NCBI GenBank assembly: GCA_965202915.1
Contig: OZ241847.1
Span: forward strand, 181,565-245,564
Source of the DNA: Gammaproteobacteria bacterium
GTDB lineage: Bacteria; Pseudomonadota; Gammaproteobacteria; Eutrophobiales; Eutrophobiaceae
Direction: 5' to 3'
DNA: 64,000 nucleotides
How positions within the stretch are numbered: the first letter of the stretch is position 1; every line of letters begins with the position of its first letter. The notes beneath the pieces were generated by a model. The model was given only the letters and a program-made list of their open reading frames with translations. It had not been told where the DNA came from and made no database searches. Below are positions 10,459 through 21,748 of this stretch, piece by piece. A program made the translations under genes and the position numbers.

Positions 10459-11727
10459 CTAGAACAGTAATACGTTAAAATCGTAACGAAAACCGATACT
10501 GATTTCATTGACTTCATCATCGCTTGTGAGGTCATCAAAATCAAACCGCACCCATTCGGCGAATACCTTGCTATTGGCATTTAAGGTCTTGATCAGGGTA
10601 ATGTTCTGACCAACTGTGTCACTATCAAGGTCTCCGCCCCTCGTCCCATCCACACCATTATCGTAGGCAAAAACGCCTCCAATCAAAGTATAGTCATTGC
10701 CTAGATTGTATGACACTAAGGCGTCCAGTGTAAATCGATAATCTTTATCCTGATCGACCTCGGCGGTAATGTATTGGTAGGTAAAGGCAAGATACAGATC
10801 ATCATGGGGCTTCCAACTGCCGCCGACACCGTAAAAATTACTCTCAAATTCACCGCTATGCTGGCTTAAGAAGGATGCACCCAGATAAGCTGAACCGAAG
10901 TTATAGCCCACCCCGATGGAACCGGCATCGATATTGTTGGGTTCGGTGCCGGTGTTGGGAGGGGAGGCACTGCCGGTGAGCTCGCCATCATCGTTGCGTA
11001 CATCCATAGGGTTGCCTGACGCATCCATAGTTCGGTCAATGGTAACATCAAAATCAGTATTCTGGCTAACAGTGTTTGATCGACCCCCACCACTACTGCC
11101 ATTAACCTGCACACCGATATCGACCTTGAGGCCGCCGGAACTATAGGCATACCTGAGCAGGTTATCGGTGCGGAATGGGCCCGAATCATAATCGTAGCCG
11201 AATGGACTGTTACGATGATAATAAATATCGGTCACTTCGCCGACGATATTGAAATGCGGGTCCCATTGTTTGCCGATCCTGACCGAACCCCAATGGTCAC
11301 TGTCAAAGCCCACATAGGCCTGGCGGGCGTCGCCAAAATCGCCATCGGCCTCCACGTCCACGTCCCACTCGCCTTTCAGTACCGCGGTCAAACCGTCGGT
11401 GACTTTGGCATCAGTCGCAATCCCGACACGGGACAGCGCATCGGTAATATCGGTGGAGGTGGTGTCCGCAACGCTCCAGGTCAATCTCGGCCATAAGCGG
11501 CCATAGAGTGACACGTTGACGTCGTCCTCCTTTGGCGCCGCCTTCGGCGCCATCTCCACGTCTTTGGCGATGCTTTCCCGTTCCTGCTGGGCCTGCTCCA
11601 GTGCGCGTTCGAGTTTCTCGATCCGTCTTTCCAATTCTTCCACATTGGCCGCATTTGCGGTCACCGGGCATATCAATACTGTGCCCAGTATTGCAGCCAG
11701 GATGGAATGTTTTCCTTTGTATAACAT
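10459..11727 (-). CDS. Outer-membrane porin with an N-terminal coiled-coil segment
   Basis: Signal peptide ...PVTANA, then coiled coil ELERRIEKLERALEQAQQE. Alternating beta-strand pattern rich in G/Y/D/N, with a C-terminal aromatic ending IGFRYDFNVLLF. Confidence 0.75.
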   Translation of the reverse strand: MLYKGKHSILAAILGTVLICPVTANAANVEELERRIEKLERALEQAQQERESIAKDVEMAPKAAPKEDDVNVSLYGRLWPRLTWSVADTTSTDITDALSRVGIATDAKVTDGLTAVLKGEWDVDVEADGDFGDARQAYVGFDSDHWGSVRIGKQWDPHFNIVGEVTDIYYHRNSPFGYDYDSGPFRTDNLLRYAYSSGGLKVDIGVQVNGSSGGGRSNTVSQNTDFDVTIDRTMDASGNPMDVRNDDGELTGSASPPNTGTEPNNIDAGSIGVGYNFGSAYLGASFLSQHSGEFESNFYGVGGSWKPHDDLYLAFTYQYITAEVDQDKDYRFTLDALVSYNLGNDYTLIGGVFAYDNGVDGTRGGDLDSDTVGQNITLIKTLNANSKVFAEWVRFDFDDLTSDDEVNEISIGFRYDFNVLLF

Positions 11728-11751
11728 TGCTATTACCTCACTTGATTGTTT

Positions 11752-13161
11752 TTAACTTGTTGTTGCCGATTGTGCCGTTCCGGCCGCCTTATTTTCCGCA
11801 TCGAAGTATTCGCGGGTTACCTTGAATACCATCGGTGCAAGCAATATCAGACCGACCAGATTGGGTATCGCCATCAACCCATTCAGAGTATCCGCCAGAT
11901 TCCAGACGAAGTCCACCTTGACGTTGGCAAACGTCAATATGGCCAATACCCAGAAAACTCGATAGATTATCAGGCTTTGCTCGTTGAACAAATATTGCCA
12001 GCAACGCTCGCCATAATAAGACCAGCCGAGTATGGTGGTGAACGCAAAGATCACCAACGCAATGGACACAATATACTGTCCTCCGCCTATGGAATTCTGG
12101 AAGGCGGTGGAAGTCAGCACTGCCCCGGTAAGGCCGCCTCCATCGGCGCCCACTGCAGTCCAGGCACCGGAGGTGATGATAACCAGCGCGGTCATGGTGC
12201 AGACGATGAGGGTGTCTATAAAAGTGCCCAACATCGCGATTATACCCTGCTTGACCGGATTATTGGTCCTGGCCGCCGCGTGCGCAATGGCCGCGGAACC
12301 CAGGCCGGACTCGTTGGAAAATACCCCGCGGGCAACGCCAAACCGAATCGCCGCGGCTACTGCCGCGCCGGCAAAACCGCCGGTGGCCGCCGCCGGAGTG
12401 AAGGCATAGGTGAAGATTAAACCGAATGCCGCCGGTACGTCGGCGATATTGAGAATGATCACCACCAAGGAGGTGCCGATGTACAGTACAATCATCGCCG
12501 GTACCAGTTTACCGGCGACTTCGGCGATGCGCTTGATGCCGCCAAAGATCACAAAGGCGACCAGTACCGAGATAACGATTCCGGTTACCGCGGTGGGTAA
12601 TTTGAAGCTTTGCTGCAATGCCGCTCCCATGGAATTGATCTGTACCGCGTTGCCAATGCCGAATGCCGCCACCGCGCCAAACAGCGCGAACGCCAGACCC
12701 AGCCATTTACCCAGCTCCGGGGCAAAGTCCTTCAAGCCGTTGCGCAGATAATACATCGGACCACCGACGTATTTGCCGCTTGCGTCGACCTCGCGGTAGG
12801 TGACCGCACAGACCGCTTCGGCATATTTGGTGGCCATGCCAAACAGCGCGATAACCCACATGTAAAAGATCGCACCCGGGCCGCCCAGCGCTATTGCAGT
12901 GGCCACACCGGCTATATTACCGGTGCCCACCGTCGCGGACAGCGCGGTCATCAATGCGTTAAAGGGTTTGATCTCACCCTCACCGCCGGCACCCTCTTCC
13001 TCTTTGGAGAATAGTAATCTAAAGCCATAGCCCACCTTTCGCCATGGCATAAACACCAGTCCGAGGGTAAGCAAAAGACCCGTCACCCCCAACATGCCGA
13101 GCATGGGCGGGCCCCAGGCGAAGGCATTGATTTTACTAATGTATAAATCTAATGTTTCCAT
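11752..13161 (-). CDS. Alanine/glycine:cation symporter (AGCS family)
   Basis: 469 aa, about 11 TM helices. Carries the AGCS hallmark FNALMTALSATVGTGNIAGVATAI. Lies directly downstream of gcvP on the same strand. Confidence 0.9.
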   Translation of the reverse strand: METLDLYISKINAFAWGPPMLGMLGVTGLLLTLGLVFMPWRKVGYGFRLLFSKEEEGAGGEGEIKPFNALMTALSATVGTGNIAGVATAIALGGPGAIFYMWVIALFGMATKYAEAVCAVTYREVDASGKYVGGPMYYLRNGLKDFAPELGKWLGLAFALFGAVAAFGIGNAVQINSMGAALQQSFKLPTAVTGIVISVLVAFVIFGGIKRIAEVAGKLVPAMIVLYIGTSLVVIILNIADVPAAFGLIFTYAFTPAAATGGFAGAAVAAAIRFGVARGVFSNESGLGSAAIAHAAARTNNPVKQGIIAMLGTFIDTLIVCTMTALVIITSGAWTAVGADGGGLTGAVLTSTAFQNSIGGGQYIVSIALVIFAFTTILGWSYYGERCWQYLFNEQSLIIYRVFWVLAILTFANVKVDFVWNLADTLNGLMAIPNLVGLILLAPMVFKVTREYFDAENKAAGTAQSATTS

Positions 13162-13371
13162 CTCTATCCTCCCTATAAAACATTGGTATTGTAGTCAGAC
13201 TTTATTTTATATCCGGGCTCGACCTCACCCCGATATCCAAATTCCATGCCAAACTTAATAATAGCATTATAAACACGATTGCTACAGTATAACATAATAA
13301 TATTAAATAATATTAATTATGCCAAAGTTTTCGCCATGCGGACGGATGAGACCGGCACCGGCACAAATCGA

Positions 13372-16272
13372 TCATTCATAGGCCTCTATCGGCGGGCAAA
13401 CACACATCAGGCTGCGGTCGCCACTGGCGTTGTCTATGCGTGCGACCGGCGGCCAGTATTTTTCCAGTTGGATGTCTTTCACCGGGAAAAATGCCTCCTG
13501 CTTGGAGTAGGGAAACCGCCAGTTTTTATCCAGTAGCAGGCTGTGCGGGTGAGGCGCGTTGCGGAGCAGGTTGTTATCGCGGTCGGCTTTACCCGCTTCA
13601 ATGTCGGCGATTTCCTCGCGGATGTGGATCATTGCGTTGCAGAAGCGGTCGAGTTCGTGTTTGGACTCGCTCTCGGTGGGTTCGATCATCATGGTGCCGG
13701 CCACCGGGAAGGATATGGTCGGCGCATGAAAGCAGTAGTCAATCAGACGCTTGGCGACGTCGTCCACGGTAATACCGCATGATTCCCTGATCGGGCGCAG
13801 ATCTATGATGCATTCATGGGCGACGAAGCCATTATCCTGGGTGTACAGCACCGGGTAATGCTCGGCGAGACGCATGCGCACGTAGTTGGCATTAAGGATC
13901 GCAACCTGGGTCGCGCGTTTCAGGCCGGCGGCACCCATCATCGCAATATAGCACCAGGTGATTGGTAAGATGCTGGATGAGCCCCACGGGGTCGCCGAGA
14001 CGGTGCCTATGCTACTCTTCTCGATCTCGGCCGGATTGAGGCCGGTCACCATAGAGTGGCGCGGCAGAAAGGGTGCCAGGTGCGCCTTGACCCCGATCGG
14101 GCCGACACCGGGGCCGCCCCCACCGTGCGGGATACAAAACGTCTTGTGCAGGTTCAGGTGTGAGACGTCGGCGCCGATCTCGCCCTGGCGGACTATGCCG
14201 ACCATCGCATTCATATTAGCGCCGTCGAGATAGACCTGGCCGCCGTGGGCGTGGACGATCTCGCAGATCTCCCGGAACCTCTTTTCAAAGATGCCATGGG
14301 TTGAGGGATAGGTCACCATGGTCGCGGCGAGGACGTCTTTATGCTGCTCGACCTTTTGTTGCAGGTCGGCTACGTCAACGTCGCCGTTGTCGCCGCATCG
14401 GACCACAACCACCTTCATCCCGGCCATGATCGAACTTGCCGGGTTGGTGCCGTGCGCGGATTCCGGGATCAGGCAAATATTACGTTGGCCTTCGCCGCGG
14501 CTTTCATGGTATTTGCGGATCACCATCAGGCCGCTGTACTCGCCTTGCGACCCCGCGTTTGGCTGCAATGAAAATGCGTCGAAACCGGTGATCTCGCACA
14601 GACCGTCCTCGAGTTCCTTAAATAATTGCTGGTAACCCTGGGTTTGGTCCAATGGCGCGAACGGGTGCATATGCGCGAAATTGCGCCATGATACCGGATC
14701 CATTTCGCTGGCCGCATTCAGCTTCATCGTGCATGAGCCGAGCGGGATCATTGAGCGGTTCAGCGCGACGTCCTTGGATCCCAGCCTGCGCAGGTAGCGC
14801 ATCATCTCGGTTTCGGTTTGATGTCGACTGAATACCGGATGGGTCATAAACTCGCTGGTTCTGAGCAGGGCCTTGGGGATGCACTCGCCAACTTCGGCAT
14901 CGAGCGTCTCGACGTCGAGTTTTTCCATCGCGGCCGGGTCGAACACTTCCCACAACGCAATCAAGTCTCCGCGGTCAGTGGTCTCGTCAAAGGAAATGCC
15001 GAGATGGTTCCAGTCAGCCATAGACAGGTTTATGCGCGACTCGCGCGCCCTCGCGGCGATGCGTTGGGCCTGTCCGTTGATGCGCACGGTAACGGTGTCG
15101 AAAAATGCGTCGGTGGCGATTTCAAAACCAAGTTTTTCCAGCCCGGCGGCCATGATCTGGGTCATGCGGTGGACCCTGTTGGCGATTCTTTTGATACCTT
15201 GGGCACCGTGATAGACGCCATAGAGGCCGGCGATGACCGCCAGCAGAACCTGGGCGGTGCAGATGTTGCTGGTGGCCTTTTCCCGACGGATGTGCTGTTC
15301 GCGGGTTTGCAGCGCCATGCGCAGCGCCGGTTTGCCATCGCTGTCACGCGATACCCCGATGATGCGGCCGGGGATATTGCGCTGGTATTTTTCATGGGTG
15401 GCAAAGAACGCGGCGTGGGGTCCGCCGTATCCCATCGGTACGCCAAAGCGCTGGGAACTGCCGACCACGATATCGGCGCCCATCTCACCGGGCGGCTTCA
15501 GCAGCGCCAGCCCCAGAAGATCGGCGGCGACGGTGACCAGCGTGCCGGTGGCATGGGCTCGGTTGATCAATTCATGCAGATCGCGCACTTGTCCGCCGGC
15601 GCTGGGATACTGCACGAGTACGCCGAACAGATTGTATTTATCAATATCGTCGCCAAACGGGTCACCGACCACCGCCTCAAAACCCATTGGCGCCGCACGG
15701 GTTTGCACCACGTCTATGGTTTGCGGGAAGCAGTTTTTATCGATCAGGAACACTCGCGCCGACTTATTACCGCATACCCGCTTTGACATCGTCATCGCCT
15801 CGGCCGCCGCGGTCGCTTCATCCAGCAAGGAGGCGTTCGCGAGTCCCATGCCGCTTAGGTCGCAGATCATTTGCTGGAAATTGAGCAGCGCTTCCAGGCG
15901 TCCCTGGCTGATCTCCGCCTGGTACGGCGTGTAGGCGGTGTACCAGGCCGGGCTTTCAAACACGTTGCGCAGGATCACCGTCGGCATCACGGTGCCGTAG
16001 TAACCTTTACCGATCATTGAAATAAATACCTTGTTGCGCTCGCTCATATGCAGCAGGTCGGTCAGTGTCGCGCGCTCGTTGCGTGCTTCCGGCAGATTCA
16101 ACGGGCGTGAGCTCAGGATGTCTTCAGGCACAATTTTATTGATCAACTCGTCCAGGGATGACACTCCGAGTGCCTCCAGCATGGTGGAGATTTCCGCAGT
16201 CGATGGCCCGATATGGCGGCTGACAAATTCGTCCACGTATTCGAGTTGCTTGAGTCCAGGTACAGCATTCAT
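13372..16272 (-). CDS. gcvP: Glycine dehydrogenase (decarboxylating), glycine cleavage P protein
   Basis: 966 aa, full-length single-chain P protein. Contains [20 protein letters not shown] and the PLP-lysine region [18 protein letters not shown]. Confidence 0.97.
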   Translation of the reverse strand: MNAVPGLKQLEYVDEFVSRHIGPSTAEISTMLEALGVSSLDELINKIVPEDILSSRPLNLPEARNERATLTDLLHMSERNKVFISMIGKGYYGTVMPTVILRNVFESPAWYTAYTPYQAEISQGRLEALLNFQQMICDLSGMGLANASLLDEATAAAEAMTMSKRVCGNKSARVFLIDKNCFPQTIDVVQTRAAPMGFEAVVGDPFGDDIDKYNLFGVLVQYPSAGGQVRDLHELINRAHATGTLVTVAADLLGLALLKPPGEMGADIVVGSSQRFGVPMGYGGPHAAFFATHEKYQRNIPGRIIGVSRDSDGKPALRMALQTREQHIRREKATSNICTAQVLLAVIAGLYGVYHGAQGIKRIANRVHRMTQIMAAGLEKLGFEIATDAFFDTVTVRINGQAQRIAARARESRINLSMADWNHLGISFDETTDRGDLIALWEVFDPAAMEKLDVETLDAEVGECIPKALLRTSEFMTHPVFSRHQTETEMMRYLRRLGSKDVALNRSMIPLGSCTMKLNAASEMDPVSWRNFAHMHPFAPLDQTQGYQQLFKELEDGLCEITGFDAFSLQPNAGSQGEYSGLMVIRKYHESRGEGQRNICLIPESAHGTNPASSIMAGMKVVVVRCGDNGDVDVADLQQKVEQHKDVLAATMVTYPSTHGIFEKRFREICEIVHAHGGQVYLDGANMNAMVGIVRQGEIGADVSHLNLHKTFCIPHGGGGPGVGPIGVKAHLAPFLPRHSMVTGLNPAEIEKSSIGTVSATPWGSSSILPITWCYIAMMGAAGLKRATQVAILNANYVRMRLAEHYPVLYTQDNGFVAHECIIDLRPIRESCGITVDDVAKRLIDYCFHAPTISFPVAGTMMIEPTESESKHELDRFCNAMIHIREEIADIEAGKADRDNNLLRNAPHPHSLLLDKNWRFPYSKQEAFFPVKDIQLEKYWPPVARIDNASGDRSLMCVCPPIEAYE

Positions 16273-16295
16273 TCTATTTCTCCAGGATGGATCGC

Positions 16296-16676
16296 TTATT
16301 CAAGCGTGGATATGAACTCTTGATAGGCGGTCTCATCCATCAGAGCATCAAGTTGCGTTGCATCGGCGAGTTTGATCTTGAACAGCCAGCCTTTTTCATG
16401 CGCGTCCTGATTGACCAAATCAGGCGAGTCGCCGAGCGTCGGATTGATCTCAACCACTTCCCCGCTGACCGGTGTGTACAGATCGTTGGCGGCCTTGACC
16501 GATTCGATGACGCCGGCTTCCTGGCCCTGTTCGATCCGGTCGCCGACTTGCGGCAGTTCGATGAACACCAGATCGCCAATGGTTTTTTGAGCATAGTCGG
16601 AAATACCGACCGTGGCGATGCCGGCCTCATCAACCCGGGCCCATTCATGTTTCTCGCTGAATTTCATTTCATTCAT
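16296..16676 (-). CDS. gcvH: Glycine cleavage system H protein
   Basis: 126 aa. The lipoyl-lysine motif [10 protein letters not shown] and the F-x-x-x-HEW N-terminus are present. Confidence 0.97.
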   Translation of the reverse strand: MNEMKFSEKHEWARVDEAGIATVGISDYAQKTIGDLVFIELPQVGDRIEQGQEAGVIESVKAANDLYTPVSGEVVEINPTLGDSPDLVNQDAHEKGWLFKIKLADATQLDALMDETAYQEFISTLE

Positions 16677-16713
16677 AGGGTTCCTCCATTAAGCAATAAT
16701 GTCAGCAGTAATA

Positions 16714-17829
16714 TCAAGTTTTAACGCCTCGGTAATAACGTGTTGGCACGAATGGCAAGGCAACCACCTGCGCCGGGTGAAGCCGGCCACGGATCTTGAG
16801 CTCTATCGGTGTATCGGCGGCGGCGTAGCGGGTGTCAACGTAAGCGATTGCGATAGGCCCTTGTACGGTCGGGCCGAAACATCCGGACGTCACCTCGCCA
16901 ATCGCAGTGTCTGAGCCGGCATGCACCGTTACCCCGGCACGGGCAATCATCCGCCCCTCAGGACGCACACCGACGCGTTTTTTCGGTGCGCCCTCAGCGA
17001 GTTGCCTGAGTATGGCGTCGGCGCCGGCAAACCCGCCGGTTTCACGGCGTGCTTTTGGGATCATCCAGCTCAAATTTGCTTCCACCGGTGTGGTATTTTC
17101 GTCAATATCGCTGCCGTAAAGACACAGGCCACACTCCATGCGCAGAGAATCGCGGGCGCCGAGACCAACCAATTCGACCTCATTTTCGGCCAGCAGGCGT
17201 TTTGCCAGCGCGACCGCCTGCTTCGAGGCAACCGAGATTTCATAACCGTCTTCGCCGGTGTAGCCACAACGGGCGACCGATATCCGCTCGCCGTTAAATT
17301 CATAAAAACGCTGCGACATGAATACCTGCGCGGTGACCTCGTCGCCAAACAATCGTTCCAGCACCGTACTCGCGGCCGGGCCTTGCAGCGCCAATAACGA
17401 TTTTTCGGGGAAGGTCTCGATGCGACTGCCGCCGTTCAGATGGCTTGCAATGTAGTCATGATCGACCTGCTTGCGTGAGGCATTGAACACTATCAACAGC
17501 CGGCCGGACGGTTCGCCGAATGGGCGCGCGATAATGGTATCATCGACGATGCCGCCGCGTTCATTGAGCAGCACCGTGCAACGCTGGCGCCCGGGCTCCA
17601 GGCTGGTAATCGCCGCCGGCACCAGTGTTTCCATCAGTGCGCCGGGGTCGCCACCGATCAACTGCGCCTGTCCCATATGGGAAACATCGAACAGCCCCGC
17701 CTGTTCGCGCGTGTGCAGGTGTTCCTGGATTATCCCCCGTTGGTAATGCAGCGGCATCGAATACCCGGCAAACGACACCATCTTGCCGCCGGCCTCAACG
17801 TGCAGATCGTAGAGCTCGGTTTTTTGCAT
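16714..17829 (-). CDS. gcvT: Aminomethyltransferase, glycine cleavage T protein
   Basis: 371 aa. Contains GLFDVSHMGQ, ARCGYTGEDGYEIS and GARDSLRMECGLCLYG motifs. Confidence 0.96.
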   Translation of the reverse strand: MQKTELYDLHVEAGGKMVSFAGYSMPLHYQRGIIQEHLHTREQAGLFDVSHMGQAQLIGGDPGALMETLVPAAITSLEPGRQRCTVLLNERGGIVDDTIIARPFGEPSGRLLIVFNASRKQVDHDYIASHLNGGSRIETFPEKSLLALQGPAASTVLERLFGDEVTAQVFMSQRFYEFNGERISVARCGYTGEDGYEISVASKQAVALAKRLLAENEVELVGLGARDSLRMECGLCLYGSDIDENTTPVEANLSWMIPKARRETGGFAGADAILRQLAEGAPKKRVGVRPEGRMIARAGVTVHAGSDTAIGEVTSGCFGPTVQGPIAIAYVDTRYAAADTPIELKIRGRLHPAQVVALPFVPTRYYRGVKT

Positions 17830-18048
17830 CCTTATATATTTCTCCTAATCCTTTATTATTTTTACACTGAATTAATTATATCGCCACTTAAATCCGGGGT
17901 CGAACTCATTATATTATTCTGACGTCATTTATAATAGTCAAAAAATAATGTTTCCGATCCGGAATGCATCCTATTATAGTCTATAATTTTCATTCTGCAT
18001 TCTACGGGCTAAAAATATTAAAATTTCGCCGCTAAGGCCAAGCAACTG

Positions 18049-18477
18049 ATGTTTTACTGGTTCAAGTCCCTGCATCTGATTTTCATGGTCACCTGGTTTG
18101 CCGGTCTGTTCTATCTGCCGCGATTATTTGTCTATCACAGTATGAGCACCGATCCGATCAGCATAGACCGTTTCAAGATCATGGAGAGAAAATTATTCTA
18201 CGGGATCATGACGCCCGGTGCGATACTGACGTTGATATTCGGCGTGGGCATTGTGCTCGTCAATGGCTGGGATAATTATAAAGACGCGCCATGGATGCAT
18301 ATCAAACTTGCGGCGGTGTTATTACTGATCGGCTACCATATTTATTGCGGCATATTATTGACCGGCTTTAAGCATGATAACAATCGGCATGGACACGTCT
18401 GGTATCGCTGGTTCAATGAAATACCGGTGCTATTGCTTTTTGTCATCGTTATCATGGCCGTGCTCAGACCGCTGTGA
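18049..18477 (+). CDS. hemJ: HemJ-type protoporphyrinogen IX oxidase (UPF0093 family)
   Basis: 142 aa, 4 TM helices. N-terminus WFKSLHLIFMVTWFAGLFYLPRLFVYH is the family signature. Confidence 0.85.
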   Translation: MFYWFKSLHLIFMVTWFAGLFYLPRLFVYHSMSTDPISIDRFKIMERKLFYGIMTPGAILTLIFGVGIVLVNGWDNYKDAPWMHIKLAAVLLLIGYHIYCGILLTGFKHDNNRHGHVWYRWFNEIPVLLLFVIVIMAVLRPL

Positions 18478-18489
18478 TCATTGCCGGCC

Positions 18490-18654
18490 TCATATCTCGA
18501 TCATTTCAAAGTCTTCCTTTCGGGCACCGCAATCCGGGCATACCCAGTTGGGGGGGACGTCTTCCCATTTTGTTCCCGGCGCAATATCATCGTCCGGATA
18601 ACCTTTTTCCTCATCATAAATAAAACCACAAATGACACATAAATATTGCTTCAT
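18490..18654 (-). CDS. Rubredoxin (54 aa; absent from the ORF track because it is under 60 aa)
   Basis: Hand translation gives MKQYLCVICGFIYDEEKGYPDDDIAPGTKWEDVPPNWVCPDCGARKEDFEMIEI. Both CxxCG knuckles and the conserved W/F/Y core are present. ATG at 18652-18654 and TGA at 18490-18492. Confidence 0.88.
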   Translation of the reverse strand: MKQYLCVICGFIYDEEKGYPDDDIAPGTKWEDVPPNWVCPDCGARKEDFEMIEI

Positions 18655-18710
18655 TGCTACCTCGTCTCTCTATTGTTATCCCTCTATCAGGATAATGCAG
18701 GATACATAAT

Positions 18711-19496
18711 ATGGGAAATTTTCCTGCAAAGCGTCCGGTGGTGCTGGTATTTGCCGGCCATGATCCATCCGGTGGCGCGGGCATACAGGCGGATATAGAG
18801 AGTATTGGCGCGGCCGGCTGCCACGCGCTACCGGTGATCACCGCGCTGACGACTCAGAATACCCGGACGTTTGCCGGTTTGATCCCGCAGGACCCGGCGT
18901 CCGTTGAGAAGCAAACCGAATTACTCAAACAGGATTTCCAGATTGACGCCTGCAAGATCGGAATGTTGGGAAACGCCCGGCTGATCGAACCGATTGCGGT
19001 GGTTCTAAGCGATCTGAAAATACCGGCCGTATTTGATCCGGTGTTGATCACCGGCACCGGCGACCCGGTGGCCGATAACACCATGCAATCTCTAATGGTC
19101 GACGAACTGCTGCCGCTGTGCCGCATTATTACCCCGAACGGCCCGGAGACGCGCACCCTGGCCGGTATCCAAGAGACCGCGGGCGCCGCCGACAAACTGC
19201 TGAATTATGGATGTGACGCGGTACTGGTAACCGGCGCCGATGAAGACACCGCGATGGTGACCAACCGGCTTTACCGCAAAAACCGCACTGTGCTGAGCTA
19301 TACCTGGGAACGCCTGGCGGGCGTCTATCACGGCTCAGGCTGCACACTTTCGGCGAGTATTGCCGCCCGGCTGGCGCACGGCAGTGATCTTGAAACCGCG
19401 GTCAACAATGCCCAAAAATACACCTGGCACACACTTAAACACGGGCAAAGACTGGGTCGGGGGGCATTACAACCGGATCGTTTTATCGATTTTTGA
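18711..19496 (+). CDS. thiD: Hydroxymethylpyrimidine/phosphomethylpyrimidine kinase
   Basis: 261 aa. Contains AGHDPSGGAGIQADI, ITPNGPE and GSGCTLSASIAARLA motifs. Confidence 0.92.
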   Translation: MGNFPAKRPVVLVFAGHDPSGGAGIQADIESIGAAGCHALPVITALTTQNTRTFAGLIPQDPASVEKQTELLKQDFQIDACKIGMLGNARLIEPIAVVLSDLKIPAVFDPVLITGTGDPVADNTMQSLMVDELLPLCRIITPNGPETRTLAGIQETAGAADKLLNYGCDAVLVTGADEDTAMVTNRLYRKNRTVLSYTWERLAGVYHGSGCTLSASIAARLAHGSDLETAVNNAQKYTWHTLKHGQRLGRGALQPDRFIDF

Positions 19497-20164
19497 CGGC
19501 ACTGGCATATCGGCCTGATCCGGTTTATCCTATGGCGATGAGTATATTGCCCGGATCCGGTGTTTATGCGATAACCGACTGTGAAAATTTCTCCGACGGT
19601 AGCGTGCTCAGCAAGACCAGGGTTATGCTGGAACAGGGTATCGCGATGCTGCAATACCGCAATAAAAACAGAGCCTCGCCTGAGTACCTGCCTTTGGCTC
19701 AGCAACTGCTGGGTCTTTGTCGCCAGTATGATTGTCCGCTCATTATCAATGATGATCTGGAATTAACCCGCTCCATTGACGCCGACGGTGTGCACCTTGG
19801 CCGGGATGATCTGGCCATCAGTACCGCGCGCTCAGGATTGGGCCGCGGCAAACTGATCGGCTGCTCCTGTTATAACCGGCTGGAGGCGGCAATGGAGGCC
19901 GAGCGGCGGGGGGCGGATTATATTGCCCTGGGTGCGTTTCATCGGTCACCAACCAAACCCGACGCCGGGCGCATCGAATTGTCGCGATTGCAGGCAATCA
20001 GACGGGCCGTCTCCATGCCTATCGTTGCGATTGGCGGGATAACGCCGGCGAATGGCAGGGCTATCGTCAAGGCGGGAGCGGATATGCTGGCGGCGGTATC
20101 CGGTCTGTACGGGGCCGCCGATACCGCCCGGGCGGTGCGTCAATATCAGGCGTGTTTTAGATGA
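19493..20164 (+). CDS. thiE: Thiamine-phosphate synthase
   Basis: Contains GVYAITD, LQYRNK, INDD, GVHLG and IGGI motifs. It overlaps thiD by 4 nt. The true start may be the internal ATG at about 19532. Confidence 0.9.
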   Translation: MTALAYRPDPVYPMAMSILPGSGVYAITDCENFSDGSVLSKTRVMLEQGIAMLQYRNKNRASPEYLPLAQQLLGLCRQYDCPLIINDDLELTRSIDADGVHLGRDDLAISTARSGLGRGKLIGCSCYNRLEAAMEAERRGADYIALGAFHRSPTKPDAGRIELSRLQAIRRAVSMPIVAIGGITPANGRAIVKAGADMLAAVSGLYGAADTARAVRQYQACFR

Positions 20165-21453
20165 ACAGGTCCGCTGAAGTATTATTTGCCGCGGCCCAGC
20201 GGGTTATCCCCGGTGGGGTTAATTCGCCGGTGCGGGCGTTCAAATCGGTCGGTGGCATACCGGTCTTTATCGATAGGGCCAGCGGCGCCTATCTGTATGA
20301 CAGCCGGGGCCGGCAATACATAGACTACGTCGGTTCCTGGGGGGCAATGATACTGGGCCATGCGGCGCCGGAAGTGCTGGAACAGGTTAAGGCCCGTATC
20401 GACCAGGGTCTCAGTTTTGGCGCGCCCACTGAGATAGAGACCATGATGGCCGACAGGATCTGCGCATTGATGCCGGCGATTGAAAAGGTGCGTATGGTCA
20501 ATTCCGGCACCGAGGCCGCGCTCAGTGCGATACGGTTGGCCCGGGCCTATACCGGCCGTGACAAGATCGTTAAATTTGAGGGTTGTTATCATGGCCATGC
20601 GGATTCCCTGTTGGTGAAGGCGGGCTCAGGGGCATTGGCCCTGGGGGTGCCGACCTCTCCCGGCATACCGGCTGATTTGGCCAAACATACCCTTACCCTG
20701 AGCTATAATGATCCGGTGCAGGTGGAACGGGTATTTAAACAAACCGGCGAGCAGATTGCCGCGATTATTGTGGAACCGGTGGCCGGCAATATGAATTGCG
20801 TTCCGGGGCAGCAGGCGTTTTTGGATACCTTGCGGACGCTGACTGCCGACTATCAAAGTATCTTGATCTTTGATGAAGTCATGTCCGGCTTCAGAGTGGC
20901 GCTGGGTGGAGCGCAATCGATATATCATATTACCCCGGACCTGACCCTGCTGGGTAAGATCATCGGCGGCGGCATGCCGGTTGGCGCGTTTGGCGGCAAG
21001 CGGGAAATCATGGACTGCGTTGCCCCGGATGGGCCGGTTTACCAGGCCGGCACCCTGTCGGGTAATCCGGTCGCAATGACCGCGGGCCTGGCCACACTTG
21101 AATTGATCTCGGCGGCGGATTTTTATCCGCCACTGGAAAGACGGACACAATCGCTGTTAACCGGGCTGAGAGCCGCCGCCGCAGAGGCAAATATCGCATT
21201 TACCACTAATCAGGCCGGGGCGATGTTCGGGCTGTTTTTCTCGGAGGCAAAGGCGATCAGTACCTATGAGCAGGTTATGCAATGCAACCGGGAACGCTTT
21301 AACCGTTTCTTTCACGGTATGTTGGCCGAAGGCATTTATCTGGCCCCCTCCTTATTTGAAGCCGGGTTCACGTCCAGCCGGCATAGCGATGATGATATCG
21401 ACGCTACGATTGCCGGGGCGAAAAAAATCATGATGACGCTGGCGCCAAAATAG
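20161..21453 (+). CDS. hemL: Glutamate-1-semialdehyde 2,1-aminomutase
   Basis: 430 aa. Contains [27 protein letters not shown] and the PLP lysine in LGKIIGGG. Confidence 0.96.
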   Translation: MNRSAEVLFAAAQRVIPGGVNSPVRAFKSVGGIPVFIDRASGAYLYDSRGRQYIDYVGSWGAMILGHAAPEVLEQVKARIDQGLSFGAPTEIETMMADRICALMPAIEKVRMVNSGTEAALSAIRLARAYTGRDKIVKFEGCYHGHADSLLVKAGSGALALGVPTSPGIPADLAKHTLTLSYNDPVQVERVFKQTGEQIAAIIVEPVAGNMNCVPGQQAFLDTLRTLTADYQSILIFDEVMSGFRVALGGAQSIYHITPDLTLLGKIIGGGMPVGAFGGKREIMDCVAPDGPVYQAGTLSGNPVAMTAGLATLELISAADFYPPLERRTQSLLTGLRAAAAEANIAFTTNQAGAMFGLFFSEAKAISTYEQVMQCNRERFNRFFHGMLAEGIYLAPSLFEAGFTSSRHSDDDIDATIAGAKKIMMTLAPK

Positions 21454-21484
21454 CCATGCGGGACGGCGCTGACTCTCCGAGTGA

Positions 21485-21560
21485 TGGCGCTCCCTAGGGG
21501 TTTCGAACCCCTGTTTTCGCCGTGAGAGGGCGATGTCCTGGGCCACTAGACGAAGGGAGC
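21485..21560 (-). tRNA. tRNA-Glu (anticodon CUC)
   Basis: The reverse complement GCTCCCTTCGTCTAGTGGCCCAGGACATCGCCCTCTCACGGCGAAAACAGGGGTTCGAAACCCCTAGGGAGCGCCA folds as a cloverleaf. The anticodon loop is CTCTCAC, and a GTTCGAA T-loop and encoded CCA are present. Confidence 0.9.
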
Positions 21561-21748
21561 TGATTAAATCCGATGATTAAGTTATTATACGGTTAAGTTA
21601 CATTAACAACAATTTATGAGTTAAGACGCAATCCACGTTATGAACATTATGAATCTTAATATTATTTCAACGCCCGCGAGCGGATGCCTGTCCTTTGCCC
21701 GACGCTCAAGGCCCCTGCAATCGGCAACCATGCCCAAGCCGGGGGAAT

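Noticed and set aside
14818-15934. Plus-strand ORFs of 322 aa and 233 aa inside gcvP, and similar antisense ORFs in the symporter (11746-12420), dxs (4258-4881), panB/panC (24613-25365) and hemL (20626-21150).
   Set aside because: Each lies entirely within a strongly supported conserved gene on the other strand and translates to Arg/Gly/Ala-rich sequence without motifs.
18655-18710. Possible TPP riboswitch upstream of thiD: ATCAGGATAATGC resembles part of the THI-box.
   Set aside because: The rest of the element (the CUGAGA core and the pairing helices) is absent. The ~100 nt it would need are occupied by the rubredoxin gene on the other strand. This is a chance partial match.
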